Assembly: GCA_030390025.1 (NCBI GenBank)
Contig: CM059432.1
Location: forward strand, 75,580,001-75,644,000
Source of the DNA: Squalus acanthias
Lineage: Eukaryota
DNA: 64,000 bases
Direction of reading: 5' to 3'
Shown: positions 38,561-53,210 of the stretch, one piece after another
How positions within the stretch are numbered: the first letter of the stretch is position 1
How the letters are laid out: the number at the start of each line of letters is the position of its first letter
The notes under the pieces: generated by a model
The model's input: only the letters and a program-made list of their open reading frames with translations
Told to the model about the DNA's origin: nothing
Database searches by the model: none
Program-made: the position numbers and the translations under genes

Positions 38561-41500
38561 GGAGCTTGAGCACAGAGCTTGGAGACAGAGCTGGGATCGC
38601 AAGCAGAGTGGAAGAATTTGCTGAAGTAGGAAACGGTGGAGAGGAGGAAGGCGATTTCTCGCATCCAACTCAAGTGGGTTAACCTAAAGTTTAGTTAGTG
38701 GTATATTAATATAGGCATGGCAGGGCACCTCAGTCCCATTGAATGCACATTCTGTGCCATGTGGAAAGTCCAGGATGCTTCTCGTGTCTGGGACAACCAC
38801 ATGTGCAGGAAGTGTGGTCAGCTGGAGGAGCTCAAGCTCCGGGTTTTGGAGCTTGAGCAGCGGCTGGAGTCACTGCAGTGCATCCGCGAGACTGAGAGCT
38901 TCGTGGATAGCACGTTTCAGGAGGTGGTCACCCCGCAGCTTAAGACTTTGCAGGCAGAGAGGGAATGGGTGACCGCCAGACAGACAAGGAGGACCAGGCA
39001 GGTAGTGCAGGAGTCACCTGAGTGCACCTCAATCTCCAACCAGTATTCTGTTCTGAATACTGGTGAGGGCGATGGTTCCTCTGGGGAATACAGCCAAGTT
39101 CACGGCACCACGAGTAGCTCAGCTGTACTGGGAGGAGGAGGAAGGTCAGAAAAGCAATAGTGATAGGGGATTCAATAGTTAGGGGAACAGACAGGCATTT
39201 CTGCGGCCTGCAGACGTGACTCCAGGATGGTATGTTGCCTCCCTGGTGCGAGGGTCAAGGATGTCACTGAGCGGCTGCAGGACATTCTGAGGGGGGAGCG
39301 GGAACAGCCAGTGGTCCTGGTCCATATCGGTACCAATGACATAGGTAGAAAGAAGGATGAGGTCCTGCAGGCAGATTTCAGGGAGCTAGGAAAGAGATTA
39401 ATAAACAGGACCTCAAAGGTAGTAATCTCCGGATTACTCCCGGTGCCACGCGCTAGTGTGTAGAAATAGGAGGATAGAGCAGATGAATGCGTGGCTGGAG
39501 AAATGGTGCAGGAGGGAGGGCTTTAAATTCCTGAGGCATTGGGACCAGTTCTGGGGGAGGTGGGACCTGTACAAGCCGGATGGGTTGCACCTCAACAGGA
39601 CCGGGACCAATATCCTCGCGGGGGGGGGGTTGCTGGTGCTATTGAGGAGGGTTTAAATTAGCTTGGCAGCGGAATGGGAACCGGAGCGTAGATTCAGAAG
39701 GGAGAGAAGCAAAGCTGGAAATGGAAGGCAGTAAATTAGTAAGTGAGTTTGGAAGACAGAGGAAACAAAGGCTAGAAAATAGACAAGAAAGGGGTTTAGC
39801 AGTGCTTAATGGTATATCCTTCAATGCGAGGAGTCTAGTGAATAAGGCAGATAAGCTGAGGGCACGGCTAGACATGTGGAAGCTATTACTGAAACATGGC
39901 TGAAAGAAGGGCAGGAATGGCAGCTCAACATTCCTGGTTACAGGGTTTTCAGACAAGATAGAGAGGGGGATAAAAAAGGAGGTGGAGTTGCAATATTGGT
40001 TAAAAAAACAATTACAGCTGTGAGGAGGGATGATATGTTAGAAGGATCATCAAATGAGGCCATATGGGTTGAACTGAAGAACAAAAAAGAGGCAATTACA
40101 CTGCTGGGAGTGTACTATAGACCTCCAAATAGTCAGAGGGAGATAGAAGAGCAAATATGTAGGCAAATTTCTGAGAAGTGCAAAAACAATAGGACAGTAA
40201 TAGTGGGGGATTTCAACTAACACTAAATGGGATAGAACCAGTGGTAAAGGTATAGAGGGTGCAAAATTCTTAAAATGCATTCAGGAGAACTTATTTAGCC
40301 AGTACATAGCAAGCCCAACAAGAGAGGGGGTGGTTCTGGACTTAGTTTTAGGGAATGAAGCTGGGCAGGTGGAAGGGGTATCAGTGGGAGAGCATTTTGG
40401 TGGTAGTGATCATAATTCAGTTAGATTTAGCGTAGTTATGGAAAAGGACAAAGATAGACCAGGAGTAAAAGCTCTCGACTGAGGAAGGGCCAATTTTACT
40501 AAGCTGAGATGTGATTTAGCAAAAGTGGACTGGAAGCAGCTACTTGAAGGTAAATCAGTGTCTGAGCAGTGGGAAGCATTCAAGGAAGAGATAGTGAGGG
40601 TTCAGAGCAAATATGTTCCCACAAAGAAAAACAGTGGGACTCCCAAATCTAGAGTCCCCTGGATGTCCAGGTGAGCGGGAATTTAAAAAGTCAATGAGAA
40701 ATGAGAAAACAATAGAGCAGGATAGAGATGGGGGAAATAATAACCAGAGTGTGACAGGAAGGGACAGAATGTTTAAAAATAAGAGTGCAACAGAAAATGG
40801 GGCCAAAATAAGGAGAAATTGTAAAAAGACAAAGTTAAAAGCTCTGTATCTGAATGCACGCAGCATTTGTAACAAGATAGATGAGTTGACGGCACAAATA
40901 GATACAAATGGGTATGATCTGATCGCCATTACAGAGACGTGGTTGCAAGGTGACCAGGGCTGGGAACTGAATATTCCAGGGTATTTGACAATTCGGAAGG
41001 ATAGTCAGAAAGGAAAGGGAGGCTTTGTTGGTAAAGGATGGGATCAGTGCAGTGGTGAGAAGTGATATTGGCTCAGAAGATCAAGATGTAGAATCGGTTT
41101 GGGTGGAGATAAAAAAAAATAATAAGGGGAAAAAGTCTCTGGTGGGCGTAGTCTTCAGGCCCCCAAACAGTAGCAATACTGTTGGACAGAGTATAAATCA
41201 ACAAATAATGGAGGCCTGTAGAAAAGGTACGGTAATAATCATGGGTGATTTTAATCTCCATATTGATTGGACAAATCAAATTGGCCATGGTAGCCTTGAG
41301 GAGGAGTTCATAGAGTGCATCCGGGATGGTTTCTTAGAACAGGATATAATGGAACCAACCAGGGAGCAGGCTATCTTGGATCTGGTACTGTGTAATGAGA
41401 CAGAATTAATAAATAAAGGATCCTCTAGGAAAGTGTGATCATAACATGGTTGAATTTCAAATTCAGTTGGAGGGTGAGAAAGTTGTATCTCAAACCAGTG

Positions 41501-44500
41501 TCTTGATCTTAATCAAAGGCAATTACAATGGCATGAGGGCAGAACTGGCTAAAGTGGACTGGAAAAATAAATTAAAAGGTAAGACAGTTGAAATGCAGCA
41601 GCGGACATTTAAGGAGATATTTCATAACTCTCAACAAAAATATATTCCAGTGAGAAAGAAAGATTTTAAGAGAAGGGAGCACTATCCCTGGCTAACTAAG
41701 GAAGTAAAGGATGGTATTAAATTGAAAACGAAGGCATACAATGTTGCCAAGATTGGTGGGAGGCCAGAGGATTGGGAAATTTTTAAAAACCAGCAAAGGA
41801 TGACTAAAAAAATAATAAAGAGAGAGAAGATGAATTATGAGAGTAAATTGGCAAGAAATATTAAAACAGAAAGTAAGAGCTTCTACAGGTATATAAAAAG
41901 GAAGAGAGTAGCTAAAGTAAACGTTGGTCCCTTAGAGGATGAGAATGGGGAATTAAAAATAGGGAATGGGGAAATGGCAGAGACTCTGAACAAATATTTT
42001 GTATCTGTCTTCACGGTAGAAGACACTAACAACATCCCAATAATGGATAATCAAGGGGCCATAGGGAGGGGGGAACTAAAGACAATCACTTTCACTAAGG
42101 GAAAAGTACTTGGTAAAATAATGGGACTAAAAGACGACAAGTCCCCTGGACCAGATGGCCTGCATCCCAGGGTCTTAAAAGAAGTGGCTGCAGAGATAGT
42201 GGATGCATTGGTTGCAATATATCAAAATTCCCTGGACTCTGTAGAGATCCCAGCGGATTGGAAAACCGCAAATGTAACGCCCCTATTTAAGAAAGGAGGA
42301 AGACAGAAAGCAGGAAACTATAGACCAATTAGCCTAACATCTGTTGTTGGGAAAATGCTAGAGTCCTTCATTAAGGAAACAGTAGCAGGGCATTTGGAAA
42401 ATCATAATGCAGTCAAGCAGAGTCAGCATGGTTTTATGAAAGGGAAATCATGTTTAACAAATTTGCTGGAGTTCTTTGAGGATGTAATGAGCAGGGTGGA
42501 TAAGGGTGAGCCAGTGGATGTGGTGTATTTGGATTTCCAGAAGGCATTCGATAAGGTGCCACATAAAAGGTTACTGCATAAGATAAGAGCTCACGGAGTT
42601 GGGGGTAATATATTAGCATGGATAGAGAATTGGCTAACTAACAGAAAGCAGAGAGTCGGGATAAATGGGTCATTTTCCGGTTGGCAAACGGTAACTAGTG
42701 GGGTGTCACAGGGATCGGTGCTGGGGCCTCAACTATTTACAATCTACATTAATGACTTGGATGAAGGGACCGAGTGTAATGTAGCCAAGTTTGCAGATGA
42801 TACAAAGATGGGTGGGAAAGCAAGTTGTACAGAGGACTCAAAGAATCTGCAAAGGGATATAGACAGGCTAAGTGAATGTGCAAACATTTGGCAGATGGAG
42901 TATAATGTGGGAAAGTGCGAGGTTATCCACTTTGGCAGGAAAAATAAAAAAGCAAATTATTATTTAAATGGAGCGAGATTACAAAATGCTACAAATCAGA
43001 GGGACCTGGGGGTCCTTGTGCATGAAACACAAAAAGTTAGCATGCAGGTACAGCAAGTAATCAAAAAGACAAATGGAATGTTGGCTTTTATTGCAACGGG
43101 GTTGGAGTATAAAAGCAGGGAAGTCCTGCTACAACTGTACAGGGTATTGGTGAGACCACACCTTGAGTACTGTGTACAGTTTTGGTCTCCTTATTTAAGG
43201 AAGGATATACTTGCATTGGAGGCAGTTCAGAGACAATTCACTTGGTTGATTCCTGAGATGAGGGGGTTGACTTATGAAGAAAGGTTGAGCAGGTTGGGCC
43301 TATACTCATTGGAATTTAGAAGAATGAGAGGTGATCTTATTGAAACATATAAGATACTGAGGGGGCTCGACAAGGTAGATGCAGAGAGGATGTTTCACCT
43401 CGTGGGGAAATCTAGAACTCGGGGGCATAGTTTCAGAATAAAGGGTCGCCCTTTAAGAACTGAGATAAGGAGGAATTTCTTCTCTCAGAGGGTCGTAAAT
43501 CTGTGGAATTCTCTGCCCCAGAGAGCCGTGGAGGCTGGGTCATTAAATACATTTAAGGTGGAGATAGACAGATTTTTGCAAGATGAGGGAGTGAAGGGTT
43601 ATGGGGAGCGGGCAGGGAAGTGGCTTTGAGCCCAAGATCAGCCATGATCTTATTGAATCAAGTGGCCTATTCCTGCTCCTATTTCTTATGTTCTTATGTT
43701 CTTATGTCAAGGGGCATACAGGGTAAGATAAGACAATAAAGGGAAACTTATGTCAGATAGCGAGAGCTAAATACTACAGAAAGCCTAGAGGAGTATAGAA
43801 AGTGCAAGGTTGAAATTAAAAAGGAAATTAGGAAAGCAAAGAGAGGGCATGAAAAAATATTGGCAAGTAAAATCAAGTAAAACCCAAAGATGTTTTATAA
43901 ATACATAAAGAGCAAGAGGATAACTAAAGAAAGAGTAGGACCTATTAGAGACCAAAAAGGAAGCTTGTGTGTGGAGGCGGAAGACGTGGATATGGTTATT
44001 AATGAATACTTTGCATCTGTGTTCACAAAAGAGAGGGACGATGCAGACATTGTAGTTGAGGAGGAGGAGTGTGAAATATTAGATGAACTAAACATAGTGA
44101 GAAAGGAAGTATTAAGAAGTTTAGCATCTTTGAAAGTAGATAAATCGCCAGGCCTGGATGAAATGTATCCCAGGCTGTTAAGAGAAGCAAGGGAGGAAAT
44201 AGCGAAGGCTCTGACCATCATTTTTCAATCCTCTCTGGCTACAGGTGTGGTGCCGGAGGACTGGAGGACTGCTAACGTTGTACCGTTGTTTAAAAAGGGA
44301 GAAAGGGATAGACCGAGTAATTACAGGCCAGTCAGCTTAACCTCTTGTCGAGCTTATCCTCGGTGGTGGGCAAATTGTTGGAAAAAATTCTGAGGGACAG
44401 TATTAATCATCATTTAGAAAGGCACAGATTAATCAAGGAGGGTCTGCATGGATTTGTTAAGTGAAGGTCGTGCCTGACTAACTTGATTGAATTTTTTGAG

Positions 44501-45703
44501 GAGGTAACAAGGAGGGTTGATAAGGATAGTGCATTTGATGTAGTCTATATGGATTTTAGCAAGGCCTTTGACAAGGTCCCACATGGCAGACTGGTCAAAA
44601 AGTAAAAGCCCATGGGATCCAAGGGAAAGTGGCAAGTTGGATTCAAAATTGGCTCAGTGGCAGGAAGCAAAGGGTAATGGTCGACGGATGTTTTTGTGAC
44701 TGGAAAGCTGTTTCCAATGGGGTTCCGCACGGCTCAGTACTAGATCCCTTGCTTTTTGTGGTATACATCAATGATGTAGACTTCAATGTAGGGGGCATGA
44801 TTAAGAAGTTTGCAGATGATACAAAAATTGGCCATGTTGTTGATAGTGAGAAGAAAGCTGTAGACTGTAGGAAGATATCAATGGACTCGTCAGGTGAGCA
44901 AAAAAGTGGCAAATGGAATTCAATCTGGAGAAGTGTGAGGTAATGCATTTGGGGAGCAAAGCAAGGGAATATACAATAAATAGTAGGATACTGAGAAGTG
45001 TAGAGGAACAGAGGGACCTTGGAGTGCATGTCCACAGATCCCTGAAGGTAGCAAGACAGGTAGATAAGGTGGTTAAGAAGGCATACGGGATGCTTTCCTT
45101 TATTAGCTGAGGCATAAAATATAAGAGCAGGCAGTTTATGCTTAAACTAGTTAAAACACTAGTTAGGCCACAGCTAGAGTACTGCGTACAGTTCTGGTCA
45201 CCACATTGCAGGAAAGATGTGATTGCACTAGAGAGGGTACAGAGGAGATTTATGAGGATGTTGCCCGGACTGGAGAATTTTAGCTATGAGGAAAGATTGG
45301 ATAGGCTGGGGTTGTTTTCTTTGGAACAGAGGAGGCTGAGGGGAGACTTAATTGAGGTGTGTAAAATTATGAGGTGCCTTGATAGAGTGGATAGGAAGGA
45401 TCTATTTCCCTTAGCAGAGAGGTCAATAACCAGGGGGCATAGATTTAAAGTAATTGGCAGAAGAATTAGAGAGGATTGAGGAGAACTGTTTTCACCCAGA
45501 GGGTGGTGGGGGTCTGGAACTCACTGCCTGAAAGGGTGGTAGAGGCACTTGGATATGCACTTGAAGTGCCGTAACCTACAAGGCTACGGACCAAGAGCTG
45601 GAAAGTGGGATTAGGCTGGATAGCTCTTTTACGGCCGGCACAGACACAATGGGCCAAATGGCCTCCTTCTGCACCATAAATCTCTATGATTCTATGATTC
45701 TAT
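38560..45703 (+). mobile_element. Full-length decayed CR1 LINE (outer) with a nested CR1
   Basis: ORF1 has a Cys-rich N-terminus (CTFC..CRKC), a leucine-zipper-like segment and an SGNH esterase (38717-39660). ORF2 spans 39800-40671 and 43707-45480. Tail is (CTATGATT)n. The 5' boundary is approximate. Confidence 0.9.
40672..43706 (+). mobile_element. Nested CR1 LINE (inner) with a 727-aa uninterrupted ORF2 portion
   Basis: ORF 41446-43629 covers the linker, RT and C-terminus. The endonuclease part is frameshifted. Tail is (TTCTTATG)n. Target duplication is (atg)tccagg/(atg)tcaagg. Confidence 0.93.
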
Positions 45704-46127
45704 AACCTGTAAGTAGTTGGTGGGATGTCCTTCCTGCTGCTGAACGCGTGTTCAGCTTTGCGAGATTAATAGAGGACGTTAGCTGGAACATTCAGCTGGC
45801 GTCATATCAGTGTTACACGCTGATTGACGTCATGATCTGCCTGCTCTGCATACTTCTGGCGGACGGTCACTTTGTGTAAATGTCTATGATTCTATGATTC
45901 TAAGTGACCTTATAACCAAAATGATGCGTTAACTACAGCTACATCAACACTTGTCTCTCAAGTGACTATCTACAGTTTGGACCCCGGATGTTTTACAATC
46001 CAGCCAAGGAAGATTTGTTTTCTGCCGTGTTGCCTGAAGACACCTGAGGGGAAATAATTTGAGCTCATACTGGCAGAAGGGAACTTCACTCGCCAGTAGT
46101 GCGTATCGGAAGTGCGTACCCTAATAA

Positions 46128-46302
46128 CAACATAAGAACATAAGAAATAGGAGCAGGATTAGGCCATTTGGCACTTCGAGCCTGCTCCGCCATTCAATAA
46201 GATCATGCTGATCTTCTACCTCATCTCCACTTTCCTGCACTATCCCCATATCCCTTGATTCCTTTAATATTCAAAAATCTATCGATCTCTGTCTTGAATA
46301 TA
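46128..46302 (-). mobile_element. CR1 3' tail fragment
   Basis: Reverse complement of the 3' UTR and tail seen at 10300-10468. Confidence 0.85.
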
Positions 46303-46552
46303 CAATTTTCCGTTATGTGTTGCTGCTGGGCAAGGCTCTCACAGGTGCGGGCTGTCGCTCTGCTAAATTCATCATCAATGCACCTGTTTTACGCCCATAA
46401 AACGGGCGCACAATGTTGAATTTTGCCCCTATAATTTCCTGAAAGTGTGAGTGCAAAGTGATAAAGTCATAACAAGACAATAGAAGTTTGGGTTTTATAA
46501 CTAGGGAAATAGACGACAACAGTGTAGAAGTAACGATATGTAGAAATACATA

Positions 46553-47445
46553 GGGGTAAAAATTCACTTGGTTGCGCCACCCGTTAGCGCCTTAAGAGGG
46601 CGCTAATGGGGCGCAAAGCCGCTAACGCCCGGGCGCAGCGATGTTTGCGCCGCTCGAGAACTTAACTTGAGATTGTGCGGCGGCGCTAAAGCTTACCGCT
46701 GCGACCACCTGCGCGCGCAGATCGTGACGTCATTCCATGGTGCAACGCCCTTGGGGCGCCCCGTAGCGGAAATTGAGTGGCGCCCCCTGCCTTACCGCCT
46801 GGCGCTTCCAACGACCAGAAGACTGGAACGCTATCAATCGCTGTGGGGCTGGGGGGGGCGCTATTTAAAGGGGGCCTCTTCCTGTCTTTTATTGTTGGTG
46901 GCATTTTTGAACTACGCATTCTGAGAGAGAGAGGGAGAGACTTCTGGAGAGATTCAACGTTGTGTGAAGGAGTTTTGGGTACTGAGCAGCACTTTGCAGG
47001 TTCATTTTGATTTGCCATTCCTTGTATCGATTTAGCAGAGACCGTGGGAGCTGCACTCTGAGCTCTTTGCCTGGTGCTCCCCATTGTTCTTTCCAGCACA
47101 TTTGATGTGCAAGTCTCTCCAGGCCGAGATTCAAGGCAGCAATGAACAGGATGTGGATGGAAAGCAAGATTAACCATCCCCTTTAAGAACTGGCCCGTGC
47201 CATTGTGTGTGTGTTCCATTGCTGACTGACATTACATGAGCTTCGCCAGCGCTCCGAGTTAGCGCCTCACTGCTCGGCCTTTGCGCCTTAAGAGAGGTGT
47301 GCAGCGCCTGCTTTAGCGCTCCACTCACCTCCCGGGGCGGTAAAAGTGAAGTTTCCCGTCAGTGCCGATAATTAGCGCCAGGCGCTAAAATTTGCGTCCG
47401 GACGATATTTGCGCCCCAAATGGGGCGCGACCTAATTTCTACCCC
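46553..47445. mobile_element. Non-autonomous Harbinger-type element (family E)
   Basis: TIRs are ggggtaaaaatt and aatttctacccc, with TSD ATA. CpG-rich. Confidence 0.9.
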
Positions 47446-47598
47446 ATAGAATTTAACAATATGGAAACAGGTCATTCTTTCCAACCAATCCATGTCGGCA
47501 TTTTCCCTCCACCTAAGCAAATAGTCCTAATCACATTCCCAAATCAGTTTAACCTCTTTTCCTTCATCCACCAATCTTATCTTAAGGATGACATACCT

Positions 47599-48108
47599 GG
47601 GCTGAATTTTAATGGGGAAGGCGGGTTGGGAGCGGGGGGCTCCGAAGCAGTTGGGAAACCTGAGAGAACGGGGAGGCCTCTTGGGGGGAATCAGAGGCCT
47701 GTGGGGGTAATCAGAGGTCTGGGGGGATTGGAGGCCTCATGGTGGGGGAGGGGGGTCTCCAATCGCGGGGGGTGGGTTAGGCAGTGACCCTGGATCCAGG
47801 GTTATGTGTAAAGGCACTTACCTCCTGGATCCAGCAGTCCTCGCCTTGCTTTAGCTGACGGGTTTCATGAGGCCTGCAAAACCCGACCAGCTACAGTTAA
47901 ATTCAAAAGTATGGTTAAAGCAGAGGCTTCCAGCCTCATTATAATATTTAAATAGACGACCCGCCTCCTGGGAGCGGGTTGTCTGCACGCCTCCGTTGAA
48001 ACCGGATGTAGGCGGGTTGGAGGTAGGTTCTGGCCGGGCTTCAGATTTTTAACACTTTAACTTCCCACACGCCCCAACCCACCCGGTTTTTTAGGTTAAA
48101 ATTCCCCC
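47599..48108. mobile_element. Family B element (short variant)
   Basis: TIRs are gggctgaattttaa and ttaaaattccccc. Homologous to 52078-53210. Confidence 0.85.
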
Positions 48109-48799
48109 TACTATAATTAGACTGAGTATTCCAGGGAGGAGCGAATTCAGCCACTGTTTGTGCCCCTGATCATTGACCAGTGAATCTTGGATTTGTGCAT
48201 TTGTGTAGATATCAGGGAGGACAGGATTCAGCACGCTGTGATGGCTCCCAGGTTTGGATAATTTGTCTAGCTTCACACATGAAGAATAATTATTTGGGCA
48301 AGTTGCCTGAGGACATCTGGAACAATATAGGTTAACACCTTCAGCACAAAGTAGCTTTTATTGGACATTCTGATCAGAAGAGGGTTAACTGCCCAAGAAG
48401 AGAATCTTGAACCTAAGCATGAACAGATTAAAATGTGCTATACTAGTCTGAAGATCTATGACAGCTGTAAAAAGAGACGTGTCCCTGAAATATCTGCTTC
48501 TAAGCATGTTTCTCATTTTCTCTCTGCTTGTTAATGATGACAATAACATTTTGCCCAGGTCAGCACTGTGAATAAATTGGGACTGTGGTAGGTATATTCT
48601 TGACACAGTATAAATCTTTGTTTATTGGTTTACATTTGGAACACCTATATTATTGACTTCAATTTCTTACAGGACAGTTGAATAGGGGAGGGGTGAGAAG
48701 CACTCTCAATTCTCGGTGTATTCACTCTGCCTTATACTTTCCGGTGTCTATTTATTATTGATTAAACTATTTTTCCTTCTTTCTTTGTTATGTGTCTAG

Positions 48800-48895
<96 letters not shown>

Positions 48896-50591
48896 TAAAA
48901 CAACCATTATATACAAAGCCAGCTGGAGATTTCCTGGCTTTTATTGGTTTTGGAGTGAATGATGAATTCAAATTGAGCCTCACCACCATCTCCCTTTAGT
49001 GAGATGTCAGAGCCATTTGTTTTCTCCTTGCCCTCACTTCTTTTCAATGGGCGCCTGGTTTGACCACCCGAGGCCTAGTGCAGCAACTCTTGTCCTTGCA
49101 ATTCACTTATTCTGCTGTTAACTTGTAATGTGCTGTATGTTCTTAATTACCGTAGTCTTTATTACAAAAAGGTTCTCTGTACTTCAGTTTTCATTCTTCC
49201 TAACACTTAAAAACAAAAATATGAGAACAAATGATACTGTAGAATATGAAATTAGGTAATGTGGTGTCCTCTGGGAATAATGTCTGCAGAATAATTACCT
49301 GGCCTTTGTTAATTGCAGCGATTGCTCATCAGATATTACCTGATTGTCTGAGGTATCCTGTACCTAATGGTTCAAGGTGACCCATCTTTATGTATAGTAA
49401 TTAGCGTTGTTACTTATAGATAACAAATTCAGGGCTTATTGGTTGGCAATTGTGATAAACCTGCCCAGAATATTTGAGTAGGAAAAAATGCAATTCTTTT
49501 TCTGCTGTTGGGTGTTACAATGTAGAGTGCAGCTTTTACCCTTACAAAGTGTGAATATAATCATTATCAAAGACAATTCAAATTAAGTTCTAATTTCAGT
49601 GGATACATTCTACTTTTAACTGACATCAGATCAAGAAGAAAATGAATAAGATCCCCACATTAATAGATGATATTACTGTGTGTTAGGGATTAGCAGTAAT
49701 CAATATTTGGATCAAGATGAAATTGAAAACATGATCATTCACTATGAATATATTATAATTCATCATGTTCCCCCATCTTTCCACTAATTGTATACTGAGA
49801 ATGTTGTTCATCATATTGACCATTGCCATTCCTCTGAGCTCACTGCCATTTTCTGACACATGATTAGCTGAACAATAGCAGTTTAAACATGGTCATGTCC
49901 TCTGTTAAAGAAACCCATGCTTTTACCAAATGAATAGGGACCCATTTGCATGACCTGTGCATTCAAATTTCCTTTAAATACTGAACTTCCTTTGCAGCTT
50001 TCAAATTAGGGTGCCCATACTTTCTACTGACAATGATTATATTCTGAATTATTTGCTGTGAAATGCTCCAACTGCTACATATTAAAATTACAATGATAAA
50101 TTTTGACAATAAAATGTTTCATCAGAATTTTTGGATGAAAATGCATGGCTCTTTAAAGAAATTTTTTTGAGTGCTCTTTTCTTCGGAAATTATCCCTCAT
50201 TTTTGGTCTGTCTGGCCAAGCCACATCTACTGTCCATCCTTCACTCTGTAGCTGCATACTAGTGCTCTAACGCCTGACACCACCTCCTAAAATGCATAAA
50301 CTTTTTTTTGATGTGCTAATATGCTTCTTCGCAAAATCCTCAAATCATTACCATTGGTAACTCTGGCTCCAACCTGAAGAAGAGCAATCCTTATTGGATC
50401 TATGTGATATTTGTCCATTTCTTATACTAGCCATCCTGTGTCCTTCCTGAGTGACATTGCCAACTTAGTGCCAACTCGAAACTGAATTAGTGGCAGTTTT
50501 ATGATGTGAGCCCATGCCCACTGCAGCTGAGTTGAGATTTTTTTGAATGGGACCCGTATACCACGCAGATAAAGTACACTTTCATATAGAC

Positions 50592-50761
50592 AAGGTCAAT
50601 TTTAACCATTCCCACCAGGCGTGAAACAGGCTACAGCAGGTCGGCCTGATTCTCCTTTTCATTGCCTTCAATAGAAAGGAAAATCACGGCAGGGTGTAAA
50701 ATGAGCGGCTGACCCATTGTGGCCTGTTTCACACCTGGCAGGAATGGTTAAAATTGACTCC
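50592..50761. mobile_element. Small hairpin MITE with ~55-bp imperfect TIRs
   Basis: gtcaattttaaccattcccaccaggcgtgaaacaggc pairs with gcctgtttcacacctggcaggaatggttaaaattgac. Confidence 0.8.
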
Positions 50762-52077
50762 TTCTCGCCATCTTTAAATTTCATCAGCTCTCTCGATGTA
50801 CAAGTGCTATAGGATTGTTTTCTTACTGATCCAGACACTAAAGGAGAAAGGATTTATCTGTGACCTTGTTAGGGAGATTTCCCCTCTACACTCCAATTGG
50901 TGTAACAGAGGTTGTTGTGATTCAGCGATTGGGGTAGACTAACTAGCATTGAGACAGATCACCACTAAAAGCATCCAACCACCTAATATTAATTTTTAAA
51001 AACTTTCCCTTACAAATGCTAATAGAATGATTGCACAAATTGAGCTGGCTATCCACACAAAATAAAAAGGAGGAAAATTGATGTAAAATGAATTTCTGCC
51101 CACAGTGGGACAGAACTCAGATATTGGAAAAAAAATTGTAATGGAAGAATGGTAATTTTCATTTACCTGATTTAAGCAATCAGGAGTCAACCCTGTCATG
51201 TTAGCATGGGTTCAGGGACTGAAAGTATAGGATTTTCCCTATGTGTCTGTGTCAGTAAATTCAATGGTAAATCTGCTGGCAAGTATTTTCAGCCTATTTA
51301 GGCACTAATCACAGGCACCTTTCTTTGTCCATCTGGTCCAGGGTCAGTGACCATACACACTGAAACCAATACCTTTGAATGGACATGTTACAAGGGGATC
51401 TCTTTGTTTGGTGTCAGTCCCCTACATTGCCCCACTCAATGCTAAAGCAATAGGATGGATATAGCATTAAAGGAAGGAATTCTGGGAATGAGATTCTTTT
51501 TTATGAAAATACCTTGAATTCAATAAGATCTTCAAAACTGGCCAACTGGTTGACATATTATTAACATAATGCTTTCTGCATAATATAAGCGCATAATATA
51601 AGTGCCACCCAAATATGGTAATTCACAGAGTTATAACAGCGCAACCAACTTTTACTGGAGTTTGATACAAGACGAAATCACAGCAGTGAAACATAACACT
51701 GCTACCACTCACCAGGATCAGCCACAAGCCAATTAGCAAGGCTTACTCCCCATCATACTGTATAATGTACCATATGTGCTGTATAGCATGAAATCAAAGT
51801 ATGACAATCTTGTAACTGAAGAAAAATTGCAACAAAAAAATACTGAATTGTGCTCAATGGAAAGATTTTATAAAATATCCTGGCAGCATCACCACCATTT
51901 ATAATGATGTGAGTGGGGAGCCATGGTGAATCTGCTCGTCACAGGTGCAAAGTAAAGACTCCAGAAGAAAGAAGTCGAACTTTGTCGGCAATTTTAAATA
52001 CTATTGACATACTGCAGCTGTAAATCATCACAGGAATGTAAAAACATGAAACTGAAAATGCTACAAGCTGCTTCTTA

Positions 52078-53210
52078 GGGCTCAATTTTAATGGGGAAGG
52101 CGGTTTGGGAACTGGGGGCTCCGAAGTGGTCAGGAAACCTGGCAGAATGAGTTTCCCTGCAGGCCCTGCCGAATATAACGGTTTGCATCGGAAACCTCTG
52201 TTTCCCACCCGCAGTCAGCCAGATTTAATGGCTGGCTGGCTCTGGGCCAGTAGGCCTGTGGCACTAGGCCACAGAGAGGAGGGAGGGAGGGATCGCGTGG
52301 GGGCCCGAGGAGCATGGGGAGGGCCGGAGGAGCGGGGTGGGGGGGATGCGGTTCGGGTGAAGATTGGGTGCCGGGACCAGCACGGGAGGGGGCTCAGAGA
52401 ACGATTGGGGGTCGGGACCAGCGGGGTAGGGGGTGGGGGTCGGTGACGATCAGGGGCCGAAGGAGCAGGGGGAGGGCCGGAGGTGCGGGGTCAGGGGGGG
52501 GGGGGTGGGGGCGGTTCGGGTGAAGATTGGGTGCCGGGGCCAGCATGGGAGGGGGCTCAGAGAACGATCGGGGGCTGGGACCAGCGGGGTAGGGGGTGGG
52601 GGTCGGTGACGATCAGGGGCCGAAGGAGCAGGGGGAGGGCCGGAGGATCGGGGGGGTTGTCGGCGGAGCAGGGGTGGGGTCAGCAATGATCAGGGGCCGG
52701 AGGAGCAGATCAGCGGATGGAATAGCGGGGTTGGGGTGGTTAGGAAATGATTGACAGCCGGAGGAGCAGATCAGAGGTCAGAGGAGCATTGGGGGGAGGC
52801 CTCATAGGGGGGGATCGGAGGCCTGGGGGGGAAATCGGAGGCCACGTGGGGGGGTCTCCAATTGCAGGGGCTGGGTAAGGCAGTGATCCTGGATCCAGGC
52901 GTTAGGTGTAAAGGCATTTACCTCCTCGATCCAGCAGTCCTCTCCTTACTTTAGCTGGCGGGTTTCACAAGGCCTGCAAAACCCAACCAGCTGAAGTTAA
53001 ATTCAAAATGGAGGTTAAACCCGAGGCTTCCAGCCTCATTATAATATTTAAATAGATGATCTGACTCATGGGAGCCGATTGGCTGCCCGCATCCCGTCCC
53101 ACCTCTATTAAAACCAGAAGTAGGCGGGTTCTGGTTGGGCTTCAGATTTTTAACACTTTAACTTCCCACACGACCCCAACTCATCCATTTTTTTAGGTTA
53201 AAATTCCCCA
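52078..53210. mobile_element. Family B element (long variant, internal tandem duplication)
   Basis: TIRs are gggctcaattttaa and ttaaaattcccc. About 52345-52483 is repeated at about 52508-52645. Confidence 0.87.

Noticed and set aside
46047..46429. Possible MITE interrupted by a CR1 tail
   Set aside because: The right end aattttgcccc is TIR-like, but the left end and TSD are not convincing.
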